64,000 nt of DNA from Armatimonadota bacterium (GTDB lineage: Bacteria > Armatimonadota > Hebobacteria > CAIYQO01). The first letter of the stretch is position 1. Every line of letters begins with the position of its first letter. The stretch covers positions 7,808 through 71,807 of the forward strand of contig JAKPKV010000186.1 in the NCBI GenBank assembly GCA_029553475.1, in the 5' to 3' direction. Below are positions 40,193 to 50,700 of this stretch, one piece after another. The notes beneath the pieces were generated by a model, which was not told the origin of the DNA, made no database searches, and saw only the letters and a program-made list of their open reading frames with translations. The translations under genes and the position numbers were made by a program.

Positions 40193-41338
40193 ATGATGAA
40201 TGCAAAGCTTGTACTGAGTGATGGCACCGTCTTCACCGGCCTTTCCATCGGGGCGCCGGTGACCCACGTCGGCGAGGTGGTCTTCAATACCTCAATGACC
40301 GGGTATCAAGAGATGTTGACGGACCCGAGTTACCGGGGGCAGATTCTCACCCTCACCTATCCGCTCATCGGCAACTACGGGGTGATGGCGGAGGATTGGG
40401 AATCGGGCGAGATTCAGGTGCGCGGCTTCGTGGTGAAGCAGCTCTGCGACGCCCCCAGCAACTGGCGCGCCACCGGCGCGCTGGACGCCTTCCTGAAGGA
40501 GCGCGGGGTGCCGGGCATCGCCGGGGTGGATACGCGGGCGCTCACCCGCCTCATCCGCGCGGGCGGCGTGATGATGGGCGCGCTGAGCGGCGAGGATCTG
40601 TCGACCGAGGAGGTGCTGGCGCGCATCGCCGCGGAGCCGAACTACGGCGCCAATGATTTCGTGAGGGAGGTGAGCGGCGGGCGGACATACCCGTGGACGG
40701 AGCCGGCCCAGGCGCCCTACGATACGCTGAAACGGTTCGTTGCCCCGGAGCCGCTGCGCGTGACAGTGGTGGACTACGGCGTGAAGCGCAACATCCTGCG
40801 CCTGCTCGCCACCCGCGGCTGCGCGGTGCGCGTGGTGCCGTGCGAGGCGTCGCCGGCGATGATGCTGGAGGGCCGGCCGGACGGCATCGTCTTCTCGCCC
40901 GGCCCCGGCGATCCGGCGCTGCTGGATTACGCCCGCGAGAGCATGAAGGCGGTGGTGGGCGTGGGCATCCCAATTCTGGGCATCTGCCTGGGGCACCAGC
41001 TCATGGCGCACGCGTTCGGCGGGCGCACCTTTAAATTGAAGTTCGGCCACCGCGGCAGCAACCACCCGGTGAAAGATTTGGTGCGCGCCGGCACGGTGCA
41101 CATCACCGCGCAGAATCACGGCTACGCGGTGGACGCCGACAGCATCGCCGGCAGCGGCCTGGAGGTGTCGCATATCAACCTGAACGACGGCACGGTGGAA
41201 GGCATGGTCCATCGGACCCTGCCCATCATGACGATGCAGTTTCACCCGGAGGCCAGCGGCGGCCCGCGTGACACGGAGTATATGTTCGACGAATACGTCC
41301 GCCTGGTCGCCGAAAAGCGCGCGGCGGTGAAGGTGTAG
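40193..41338 (+). CDS. carA: carbamoyl-phosphate synthase small (glutaminase) subunit
   Basis: GICLGHQLMAHAFGG is the class-I glutamine amidotransferase Cys motif, on a CPSase small N-terminal domain. Confidence 0.85.
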   Translation: MMNAKLVLSDGTVFTGLSIGAPVTHVGEVVFNTSMTGYQEMLTDPSYRGQILTLTYPLIGNYGVMAEDWESGEIQVRGFVVKQLCDAPSNWRATGALDAFLKERGVPGIAGVDTRALTRLIRAGGVMMGALSGEDLSTEEVLARIAAEPNYGANDFVREVSGGRTYPWTEPAQAPYDTLKRFVAPEPLRVTVVDYGVKRNILRLLATRGCAVRVVPCEASPAMMLEGRPDGIVFSPGPGDPALLDYARESMKAVVGVGIPILGICLGHQLMAHAFGGRTFKLKFGHRGSNHPVKDLVRAGTVHITAQNHGYAVDADSIAGSGLEVSHINLNDGTVEGMVHRTLPIMTMQFHPEASGGPRDTEYMFDEYVRLVAEKRAAVKV

Positions 41339-41631
41339 AGAATGAAAGGCTATATGCACGGTACCACTGGGACTGACTGCGCATGGCCGTATTGGCAAGC
41401 CGTGGCATCAGTGCGCCCCCGTGGCGGGGTGAGCGCAGTCGTGCCATGCGTAGTCTGTCCCTTCAACGCTGGGACCAAACTATCAAGATTTCACGCAGGG
41501 ATGGCACCGCCGTCCGGACGGCAAGGGGGCATCGGATGATTGTCACCGCATGACCCACCGACGACCGGATGCAGAAGAAAGCCAGAGAGAGGAGGTAGAC
41601 CGCGTTCCCCCCTTGATACACGGGAGCAGCA

Positions 41632-42595
41632 GATGACACAGGAACACATCGAAGACACGACACCGTCCATCGAGACGCCGGCGACAACCATGATCGGCAG
41701 CCTGCTGCCGCGGCTGCGGGCGCTGCTGATGACCTGGCCCGACGTGCGGCTGGCCTATTTCCAGCCCGCGCCGGCGGACGATCAGCTGTGCCTGCTGGGG
41801 CCGGACCGCGCGCGGGTGATCCTCTGCTTCGCGCGCAGTGTCTCCGGCGAGCACATCAGCAAGCGGCTGGCGAAGATTCGCCGGCACTGCAAACCGCTGA
41901 CGCGGGGCGAGGTGGAGTTCCTGGATATCGAGGACCTAGACTACCGCGAGGCCTGCGAGGTGGCGTTCAACGCGCAGGTGGCCTACGGCGCGCTGGAGAG
42001 CGCCGAGCGCGACCGGCTCTATCGGTATAACGTCTTCCTGGAGTGGAACGCCAGCAAGCGGATACAGGGCACGCGGCAGGACACCCCGCCGGTGCTGGCC
42101 CCCTCGCTGGAGCGCCCGCCGACGGTGGTGCCGGTGCAAAAGTTTCTCAGGCCGCTCTACCGGCAGATGAAACTGCTGGACGGCTACCTGCGCGAGCTGC
42201 GGCGCATTGCCGAAATGGCGCCGAACGAGTTCACCGCCGACGCGGCAAACAAAGGACAGGCGGAGTCCTGCCTGTTGAAAGGCATTCAGAGCGTCATCCT
42301 GGTGACGTTGAGCATCGTGCATCGGAACATGCGGCTGGCCGCGCGCGATTATCGCGACCTGTTCCTGCTGCTGCCGCTGTATGGCCTGATGCCGCGCGAG
42401 CGCGCGAACAAGCTGGCGAAATGCGCCGAGCTGCGCGACCGCCTCATGTTCCAATACGACGACGTCACCGCGCTGGAGGTGCACGGGCACGTGGAAGCCG
42501 TGCTGGATACGCTGGCCGACTTCAAGAGCTATATGCTCGAGTGGCTATTCGATAGATATTATGATCCGACCGGCGAGTTGGTCCAAACAGAATAA
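41632..42595 (+). CDS. hypothetical protein with C-terminal DUF86 / HepT-like (HEPN) domain and a possible degenerate nucleotidyltransferase N-terminal domain
   Basis: C-terminus LKGIQSVILVTLSIVHRNMRLAARDY ... AELRDRLMFQYDDV resembles HepT R-x4-H-x-Y, with the His replaced. GGGAG RBS. Confidence 0.35.
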
Positions 42596-42608
42596 GCGAG
42601 GCCAGACG

Positions 42609-43103
42609 GTGCGCGCCATCGCGACGGCACTGGTTGAACACCACGGCCACCTGCTGCTCTGTCAGCTTGCGCGCGGTGAATACGCCGGTTTCTGGCTGCT
42701 GCCGTCGGCGTCGGTAGATGACGGGACGGTGTTGCAGACCGCGCAGCGGATGCTGCCGGAGCGCACCGGCTACACCGCGACGGCGCTGGAGCTGGTGAGC
42801 GTGGTTGAGGAACCGAAGACGAACGCGTTGAGCCTGCGTTTCGTCTTTGCCGCCGCCGTGGCGGACCCGCAGGCCGAGCACAGCGATACGGATATCCTGC
42901 AGGCGCGTTGGTTCAGCCGCGCCGCGGCGCGGGAGCTGCTGGCGGAGCGGGACGTGGTGCCGAATCTCGGCGTGATGTCGCTGGTGCGCGCCTGGGCGGA
43001 CGGCATCACCCCGCGGCCGCTGGAGTTGCTGGACGAGAGCGCGCCGTGCCCATGCGGGTCAGGCTACGGCTTCCGCGGGTGTTGCGGATGGGATAGCAAA
43101 TAG
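42609..43103 (+). CDS. NUDIX hydrolase with C-terminal SEC-C metal-binding motif
   Basis: NUDIX-fold body; terminal CPCGSGYGFRGCCG. GTG start with GAGG RBS. Confidence 0.5.
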   Translation: MRAIATALVEHHGHLLLCQLARGEYAGFWLLPSASVDDGTVLQTAQRMLPERTGYTATALELVSVVEEPKTNALSLRFVFAAAVADPQAEHSDTDILQARWFSRAAARELLAERDVVPNLGVMSLVRAWADGITPRPLELLDESAPCPCGSGYGFRGCCGWDSK

Positions 43104-43134
43104 CCCCAGCGGGGCGTGTGCGTGAGGAACACGA

Positions 43135-44820
43135 ATGCCAAAGCGAACCGATCTGAAAACAGTCATGGTCATCGGCTCCGGCCCGATCGTCATCGGGCAG
43201 GCGGCGGAGTTTGACTACGCCGGCACCCAGGCCTGCCGCTCGCTGCGCGAGGAGGGCCTGTCCGTGGTGCTGGTGAACAGCAACCCGGCCACCATTATGA
43301 CGGACATGAACATGGCCGACCGGGTGTATGTGGAGCCGCTGACGGTGGAGTTCCTCACCCGCATCATCGCCAAGGAGCGCCCGGACGGCCTGCTGCCCAC
43401 GCTGGGCGGGCAGACGGGCCTGAACCTCGCCACCAAGCTGGCGAAGAAAGGCGTGCTAGACGAGTACCGCGTGGAGCTGCTCGGCACGCCGCTGGAGTCC
43501 ATCGAAAAGGCGGAGGACCGCGAGCATTTCAAGGCGCTGATGCAGGAGATCGGCGAGCCGGTGCCGGAATCGGCCATCGTCGAGCGCATGGACGAGGTGG
43601 AAGAGTTCCTCGACGAGCTGGTGCGCGTCGAGGCGAAGACCGGCCAGCCCGTCTACCCCATCATCGTGCGGCCTGCCTACACGCTGGGCGGCACCGGCGG
43701 CGGCATCGCCGACACCTGGGACGAGCTGCGCGACATCTGCGTGCGCGGCTTCCGCATGTCCATGACCTCGCAGTTGCTGCTGGAGCGCTGCCTGCTCGGC
43801 TGGAAAGAGATCGAGTACGAGGTGATGCGCGACGGCGCCGACAACTGCATCACCATCTGCAATATGGAGAATTTCGACCCGATGGGCATCCACACGGGCG
43901 ACTCCATCGTCATCGCCCCCAGCCAGACGCTCACCGATAAAGAGTACCAGATGTTGCGCACGGCGTCGCTGAAGATCATCCGCGCGCTGGGCATCGAGGG
44001 CGGCTGCAACGTGCAGCTCGCGCTGGATACCAACTCCTTCCGCTACTACGTCATCGAGGTGAATCCGCGCGTGAGCCGCTCCTCGGCGCTGGCCTCCAAG
44101 GCCACCGGGTACCCCATCGCCCGCGTGGCGGCGAAGATCGCCGTGGGCCTGCATCTGGATGAAATCCAGAACGCGGTGACGAAGCGCACGCTGGCCTGTT
44201 TTGAGCCCGCGCTGGATTACTGCGTGCTGAAGATCCCGCGCTGGCCTTTTGACAAGTTCAACTTCGCCAACCGCCGCATCGGCACGCAGATGAAGGCCAC
44301 CGGCGAGGTGATGGCCATTGACCGCACCTTCGCGGGCGCGCTGATGAAGGCGGTGCGCTCGCTGGAGATCGGGCAGCTCGGCCTGGCGATGAAAGGCATC
44401 GGCGAGTGGTCGGAGATGAAGCTGGAAGAGGTGCTGCGCCACGCCACCGACGAGCGCCTCGCCGCCATCTGCGAAGCCTTCCGCCGCGGCATGGACGTGC
44501 CCGAGGTGCGGCAGCTCACCAACGTGGACCCGTGGTTCCTGCGGCAGGTGAAAGACCTGGTGGAGTTGGAATTGGAGTTCCGCGCCCACTTCGGCCTGCC
44601 GGATGAAGCGATGCTGCGCCGCGCCAAAGAGTGGGGCTTCAACGACCACTACCTGGCCGAGCTGTGGGGCGTGAAAGAGGCGGAAATCCGCGACCTGCGC
44701 CGCCACTGGGGCATCCAGCCCGTCTACAAAATGGTGGATACCTGCGCCGCCGAGTTCGAATCGGAGACGCCGTATTTCTACTCGACGTACGACCGGGAGA
44801 ATGAATTGGCCGTGGTATAA
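43135..44820 (+). CDS. carB: carbamoyl-phosphate synthase large subunit, N-terminal half (carboxyphosphate domain plus oligomerisation domain)
   Basis: [34 protein letters not shown]... It ends [14 protein letters not shown] exactly at the boundary between the two homologous halves of full-length CarB. Confidence 0.85.
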   Translation: MPKRTDLKTVMVIGSGPIVIGQAAEFDYAGTQACRSLREEGLSVVLVNSNPATIMTDMNMADRVYVEPLTVEFLTRIIAKERPDGLLPTLGGQTGLNLATKLAKKGVLDEYRVELLGTPLESIEKAEDREHFKALMQEIGEPVPESAIVERMDEVEEFLDELVRVEAKTGQPVYPIIVRPAYTLGGTGGGIADTWDELRDICVRGFRMSMTSQLLLERCLLGWKEIEYEVMRDGADNCITICNMENFDPMGIHTGDSIVIAPSQTLTDKEYQMLRTASLKIIRALGIEGGCNVQLALDTNSFRYYVIEVNPRVSRSSALASKATGYPIARVAAKIAVGLHLDEIQNAVTKRTLACFEPALDYCVLKIPRWPFDKFNFANRRIGTQMKATGEVMAIDRTFAGALMKAVRSLEIGQLGLAMKGIGEWSEMKLEEVLRHATDERLAAICEAFRRGMDVPEVRQLTNVDPWFLRQVKDLVELELEFRAHFGLPDEAMLRRAKEWGFNDHYLAELWGVKEAEIRDLRRHWGIQPVYKMVDTCAAEFESETPYFYSTYDRENELAVV

Positions 44821-44839
44821 TGGGCGCGAGGTCAGTTCC

Positions 44840-45193
44840 ATGCAAAAAACCACCAGGAATATCGCACGACGATTCACACCACGCCAATGGGAGGTGATCT
44901 CCGCCGTGAAGGCAGCCGCCCGACATGTACTGCCGGACGCGGACATCATCCTCTATGGCTCCCGCGCGCGCGGCACCGCCGGGCCGGAGTCCGACTGGGA
45001 TTTCCTGATCCTCACTGACGAGACAGTGACCGTGGCACTGGAAGAGACGATGCGCAAAGCGATGGATGCCCTATCGCTGGAGATCGCGGAGGTGATCAGC
45101 GCATTTCTCGAAAATCGCCAGACCTGGAAAACACCATTGTTGAAAGCAACACCCTACCATCAGGCGATCGAACAGGAGGGAATCGCGGTATGA
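44840..45193 (+). CDS. nucleotidyltransferase-domain protein (MNT-type antitoxin-like)
   Basis: Minimal NTase motif GSRARGTAGPESDWDFLIL (GS-x9-D-x-D). GAGG RBS. Confidence 0.65.
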   Translation: MQKTTRNIARRFTPRQWEVISAVKAAARHVLPDADIILYGSRARGTAGPESDWDFLILTDETVTVALEETMRKAMDALSLEIAEVISAFLENRQTWKTPLLKATPYHQAIEQEGIAV

Positions 45194-45312
45194 GCGACGA
45201 GCGAGCCACGCTGATACGCTACCGATTGGAACGAGCGCACGAAGCACTGGAAGAGGCGGACGTATGCTGGAAGATGGCACATTACAATTCATACGTCAAC
45301 CGGCTCTATTAC
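45190..45312 (+). pseudogene. HEPN-domain gene N-terminal fragment, truncated by insertion of MITE copy C
   Basis: MSDERATLIRYRLERAHEALEEADVCWKMAHYNSYVNRLYYAC resembles a HEPN helix-1/2 pattern ending in RLYYA. The reading frame then runs into the repeat terminus TGTAGCGGGTCGTCACG. Confidence 0.4.
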
Positions 45313-45545
45313 GCATGCTGTAGCGGGTCGTCACGATGTACCTTGTTCTTCGTATCAACTCAAGCGTCTTGTAGGGAATGTCCCGCCGTGGCATTCCAGA
45401 AGCGGTGCGCGGTGGAGTCCGCGACCAAACGCTATCGTCCCGTGCAGCGTGCCGATTCGCGACGGTCGGGAATGCCACGGCGGGACATTCCCTACCAGCG
45501 CTGATACCGATGTCGCAGCCGTGGTTGCCCGCGGCGACACGGTTT
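45313..45545. repeat. MITE-like repeat (copy C) with a 27-bp perfect internal inverted repeat
   Basis: Terminus TGTAGCGGGTCGTCACGATGTACCTTG. Internal GTAGGGAATGTCCCGCCGTGGCATTCC is inverted as GGGAATGCCACGGCGGGACATTCCCTAC. 3' end CCGTGGTTGCCCGCGGCGAC. Confidence 0.4.
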
Positions 45546-45626
45546 ATCGCGTTTGTTGAGGACGTCATCACACCATACACCACCGAGTGGTGCATGAGAG
45601 ATCACCTGGCGTTGACGAGGAAAACC

Positions 45627-45923
45627 ATGTTCATCCATTCCGTCTATTTCTGGCTGCGCGACGACCTGACCGACGCGCAGCGCGCGGCCTTCACCGAAGG
45701 CGTGCGGTCGCTGGCGACGATTCCGGCCGTGCGGAGCGGCTATGTCGGCGCCCCGGCGGCCACCGACCGCCCGGTGATTGACCGCAGCTATTCCGTCGGC
45801 CTGGTGGTGGACCTGGGCGACCTGGCCGGGCACGAGGCCTACCAGGCGCACCCAACGCACCTGGCCTTCCTGGAGCAGTTCAAGCCATTCTGGACGAAGG
45901 TGCAGATTTACGATTTCGCGTAA
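45627..45923 (+). CDS. Dabb-family stress-responsive alpha/beta-barrel protein
   Basis: 98 aa. MFIHSVYFWLRDDLTDAQRAAFTEGVRSL ... HEAYQAHPTHLAFLEQ. GAGGA RBS 8 nt upstream. Confidence 0.6.
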   Translation: MFIHSVYFWLRDDLTDAQRAAFTEGVRSLATIPAVRSGYVGAPAATDRPVIDRSYSVGLVVDLGDLAGHEAYQAHPTHLAFLEQFKPFWTKVQIYDFA

Positions 45924-45976
45924 ACCTGCGCCTCCGTGCTCTCCGTGTCTCTGTGTTTGAGTATTGAGGATCAGTC

Positions 45977-47548
45977 ATGTCCGAGAAGCAACGCGTCATC
46001 GTCATCGGCTCCGGGCCCATCCGCATCGGGCAGGGAATCGAGTTCGACTACTGCTCCGTGCACTCCGTGTGGGCGCTGCGCGAGGAGGGGTACGAGGCGA
46101 TCATCATCAACAACAACCCGGAGACGGTCTCCACCGACTTCGACACCTCGGACGCCCTGTTCTTCGAGCCGCTCACCGTGGAGGACGTGCTGAATCTGAT
46201 TGACCAGGTGCAGCCGGAGGGCGTGGTGGTGCAGTTCGGCGGGCAGACTGCCATCAACCTGGCGGGGCCGCTGCACGCGGCGGGGGTGAAGATCCTCGGC
46301 ACCGACTTCCGCGGCATCGAGCTGGCGGAAGACCGCAAGCTCTTCGACGCGCTGCTCACCGACCTCGACATCGAGCGCCCGAAGGGCCGCGCCATCACGT
46401 CCGTGCCGGAAGCGGTGGAGGCCAGCCGCGCAATCGGCTTCCCGCTGCTCATCCGCCCCAGCTTCGTGCTCGGCGGCCGCGCGATGGAGATCGTCTACGA
46501 TGAAGAGCACCTGCGCCGCTACATGACCTACGCCGTGGACGTCGCGCCTGACCGCCCCATCCTGGTGGACCGCTACATCGTCGGCAAAGAGGTGGAGGTG
46601 GACTGCATTTCCGACGGCACGGACGTGCTCATCCCCGGCATTATGGAGCACATCGAGGCCGCCGGCGTGCACAGTGGCGACTCCATGTCCGTCTACCCGC
46701 CCGTCACCCTCTCCCGGCAGGTGAAGGATACCGTGGTGGAGTACGCCATGCGCCTCTGCCGCGGCATCGGCGTGGTGGGGCTGATGAACATCCAGTACGT
46801 GGTGGACGAGCACGACACCGTCTACATCATCGAGGTGAACCCGCGCGCCTCGCGCACCGTGCCCTACATGAGCAAGGTCACCGGCGTGCCGATGGTGAGC
46901 CTGGCCACCAAATGCGCCCTCGGCCGCACGCTCAACGAGCTGGGCTACGCGCACGGTCTCTATCCCGAGCGCCCCTACTTCGCGGTGAAGGCGCCGGTCT
47001 TCAGCTTCTCAAAACTCACCGAGCTGGACGTCTCCCTCGGGCCGGAGATGAAGTCCACCGGCGAAATCATGGGCGTGGACCCGTCCTACCCGCACGCGCT
47101 GTACAAGGCGATGGTCGGCTCGCACATTGACGTGCCGCTGCGCGGCTCGATGATCGCCACCATCGCCGAGCGCGACAAACCGCGCGCGCTGCCCATCATC
47201 CGGCGCTTCCGCGAGCTGGGGTTCAAGGTCTACGCCACCCGCGGCACCGCGCTTTTCCTCATCCAGCACGGCGTGGACGCGCAGAGCGTGGCGAAAATCT
47301 CCCAGGGCAGCCCGCACCTGCTCGACCTCATCCGCGAGGAGAAGATTGACCTGCTGCTGAACACGCTCTCGCCGGAGAAGACGGTGGAGCAGGAGGGCGC
47401 CCGCATCCGCCGCGCCTCGGTGGAGCACAACATCCCCTGCCTCACCTCCCTCGACACCGCCGAAGCCCTCCTCCTCGCCCTGGAAGCCCGCCGCGCCGGC
47501 GAAGATTTTGCCGTCTACGCGCTGGACGAGCTGCTGCAGATGGCGTAA
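45977..47548 (+). CDS. carB: carbamoyl-phosphate synthase large subunit, C-terminal half (carbamate-phosphorylation domain plus MGS-like domain)
   Basis: MSEKQRVIVIGSGPIRIGQGIEFDYCSVH ... with a C-terminal MGS-like region. It has its own GAGGA RBS 7 nt upstream. Confidence 0.85.
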   Translation: MSEKQRVIVIGSGPIRIGQGIEFDYCSVHSVWALREEGYEAIIINNNPETVSTDFDTSDALFFEPLTVEDVLNLIDQVQPEGVVVQFGGQTAINLAGPLHAAGVKILGTDFRGIELAEDRKLFDALLTDLDIERPKGRAITSVPEAVEASRAIGFPLLIRPSFVLGGRAMEIVYDEEHLRRYMTYAVDVAPDRPILVDRYIVGKEVEVDCISDGTDVLIPGIMEHIEAAGVHSGDSMSVYPPVTLSRQVKDTVVEYAMRLCRGIGVVGLMNIQYVVDEHDTVYIIEVNPRASRTVPYMSKVTGVPMVSLATKCALGRTLNELGYAHGLYPERPYFAVKAPVFSFSKLTELDVSLGPEMKSTGEIMGVDPSYPHALYKAMVGSHIDVPLRGSMIATIAERDKPRALPIIRRFRELGFKVYATRGTALFLIQHGVDAQSVAKISQGSPHLLDLIREEKIDLLLNTLSPEKTVEQEGARIRRASVEHNIPCLTSLDTAEALLLALEARRAGEDFAVYALDELLQMA

Positions 47549-47755
47549 AACAGCGGCGGGCGAGACGCCGTCGAGCCGCATACACCGTGCCGGCCGCGTC
47601 TGCGCCCTCTGTCTCCACAGGGGAATCCCTCGCCTTCCCGAATTTGTGCGCAGATCCCCGCCGGCTACCTGTTTGACGGCAGGATTAGCGCCCGCTATAG
47701 TGGGGAGAGAGCCACAGGTCGTGAATTCCCGGAGATCGGGAGCGGAGAAGATCGT

Positions 47756-50700
47756 ATGACACGACGGCCAGGGTGGCGCGGAGGGCTCCTGAGCGTGCTG
47801 CTGGTGGGAATGCTGTGTGCATACGCTCAAGAGGCAGCGCTGCCGCGCCCCCCGGACCCGCCCCCCCATCGCGATCACCCCCAGTGACGGCTTCAGCCTC
47901 GAAGTGGTGGACCAGACCACCCCGCACTACGTCATCGTCAAACTCACCTCCCCCGCGCACAACTGGCTCGCTGGCACCTTCACCCACCTCCCCACGGACA
48001 AAGACGTCACTATCGGCCTATCCATAGCCGGCAACGATACCAAGAGCAATGCCGCCGACGTGAAGAAGTGGCAGGGACTGGTGCCGGTGATGACCTACGC
48101 CGACCCGAAACAGTACGAGACCTACAAGTGGGATGCGCAGGGCCGATGGGTGAGCGGCGACCCCTTCAAGCAGGATGAAGCGAAGTACGCCGGCACTGGC
48201 AAAGTGCCAGCGCAGGCGGTCATTCCGAAGGATATGGCCGAGCAGTTCCTCTCGGCAGACGGGAAATACTGGTCTGCGTGGCGGGAGGTGGACACGGCAG
48301 AAGCGTTGCCGGGGATCAACGTCTTCCGCATCACCCAGCGCTTTGGCCAGGCCACCGCGACGGTGGCGATGCGGGTGCCCTACACCTATACCCGCGGCGC
48401 GCCCTGGGCGTCCGCGACGAAGACGCCGTCGGCCAGTACCGCCTGGAATCTGGCGACTACCACGGTGCCCTCGCCGGTCTACATCGAGGGCACGGGGGCG
48501 AGCAGCGCGGTAGGCGACCTGGAGGTGATCCTGCGCTACGCGAACGGGGGGACGACGACACAGGACGTGGTGAAGGCGACGGTGGTTGACGTTAACCTGG
48601 AGATCGAGGGCGTGGCGGACGCTGACGAGGAGACGGTCGGCGGAGTTGTCGGGAAAGGTGCCGGTCTGCTTCCGATCACCCTCTCGATTCCTGAGAGCTT
48701 GCGGACCGGTGTTGTCTCTTTGGAGGCGACCGCCGGCGGCACGCGGATTGAACTCTACGAAGATGCGGAAGGGACAACAGCGCTCCCGCTGGTGCCTGTG
48801 CCGACATGGAATCTGGCTAACCAAGAGGCCGTCTCGCAAACGCTCTATATCAACGGTGTCCAGGCAAGTGCCGCAATGCGCGATGCCACCCTTAAGCTGC
48901 GGTACGAAAAGGCTGGGCAGGCGGCGGAAGATTTCGTCAAACTCACGGTGGCGAAGATCGATCTCGTCATCCAGAATCTCGCTGAAGAAATCGATGCCGG
49001 AGGAAATCCCCCGCATGAGACGGATCCGGACGCATTTCTGCCGGCCAATACCGATGATGATAACGGTAATGGGATCGCGGATCATGCGGAAGTTGCCGTG
49101 TGGGACGAGGACCTACAGGTTGATCGCACGTATGTCGAGAGTGAAAATGACTTGGTCGCCCTCAAAATTGGAACCCTCCCCGTCGGGTCTACCGGCACGG
49201 TTACGTTGGCAAGCAGTAACGATAAGCTCGTCTTCTGGACATCCCCGAAGAAAGACAGCAAAGTGTCCGATACGCTGACGCGGACCTGGACGATCGGCGA
49301 CGAGAACGATCCGATACCGGATACGGTGTATGTGGAAGGGGTCGCCGTCAGTACAGCGGTGCGCGATACCGAGATTACGCTCACCTACACCGGTGCAGGC
49401 ATTACCGTTGCGGATGTCCTCAAAGTGACCGTGGTGCAGGCCGACGTCTCCATCCAGGAATGCACTGAAGCGAGTGAAGTGTCGCCGGGCGCCATTGTCA
49501 TGCTGAATCGGGAAGGCGATGACCTGGTGCCGATGACGCTGACCCTCTCCCCCTCGGGGGTCGATGTCGGGAAGCTCGGACTCACCATGAGCGGAGGCGT
49601 GAAGCTCTGGACCTCTTTGGCGAAGGAGGTAGAAGCGCCTGCGTCATGGACGCTCGCCCCCGGCGCACCCTTCACTGGCGCCACGTATTACGTCGAAGGT
49701 ACAGCGGTGAGTACGGCATTGCGAGACAAAGCTGTGTCATTCACCTATGCCGTCAATGAGAAAAAAGTGCACGAAGATATCGGCAAGGTGACGGTCGCGA
49801 ACCTCACCATCAGTTTGCCGGAGAAGGCACTGTATACGAATACTGATGATGATAACTTAAATGGTACGGATGACATAAATGACCCGGGAGAAGTGGCGGA
49901 TGAAAATGACTTGAAACAGCTCTTGATTAAACTCGAACCGGCTGGCTTAACGGGAACCCTCACGGTAGCAGTGAAAACGCTTGAGACGGAGAATAACGCC
50001 GGCGAAGACTATGATGCCGCACCGCGCGTCAATCTGACAACGCTGCCGAAAGTGGGCCAGCGGTTGTCGGAAACGCATACGTGGCAGAGACCGAACGACA
50101 CGTTTCCCACCGCGCTCTGGGTTGAAGGGAAGCGTGTCAGCGCAGACGAGGATGACCAGGAGATCACCGTCACCTACGAATACGGCGCATCTTCCCTCTC
50201 GTCAATCGCGCTTGCGACGGTGGAAGCGCGAATCGCAACATCAGAAGTGTGTTTCCGGCTGTACCAAATGAATGACAGTAACCCAACGGTTGCCTCACTG
50301 GCGACCCAGCCGGAGATAAACGCGGGCACGGTGGGAGATACCGTCGCGGTGGTCATGGAAGTGAAGATCGGCCCGGACAACCGGGTCGCGCGGGATGCCG
50401 AAGGCACGCTCCTCGCGAATGAGGTGCAAGTGCTGATCAAGGACCTGTGGGAGGGCTATGAGCCTGATAAGTCACGGGCACAGTGCGATCCGACTGTCGC
50501 GCTCGATTGGGCCTCCCGGTTGTCGGAATGCCAGAACGTGGGCACCCCACAGGCGAGCTGGAATGCCGGTGGCGACACAGCACCATCCGAAAGTAACCTG
50601 AATGCCGCGAAGCCACGCATCTTCCGCGCAATCGTGAAAAAGTGGGACACCCGGACCGGGCCGGGCGTGACGTATTTCAACGAGGCGACACAACAATGGA

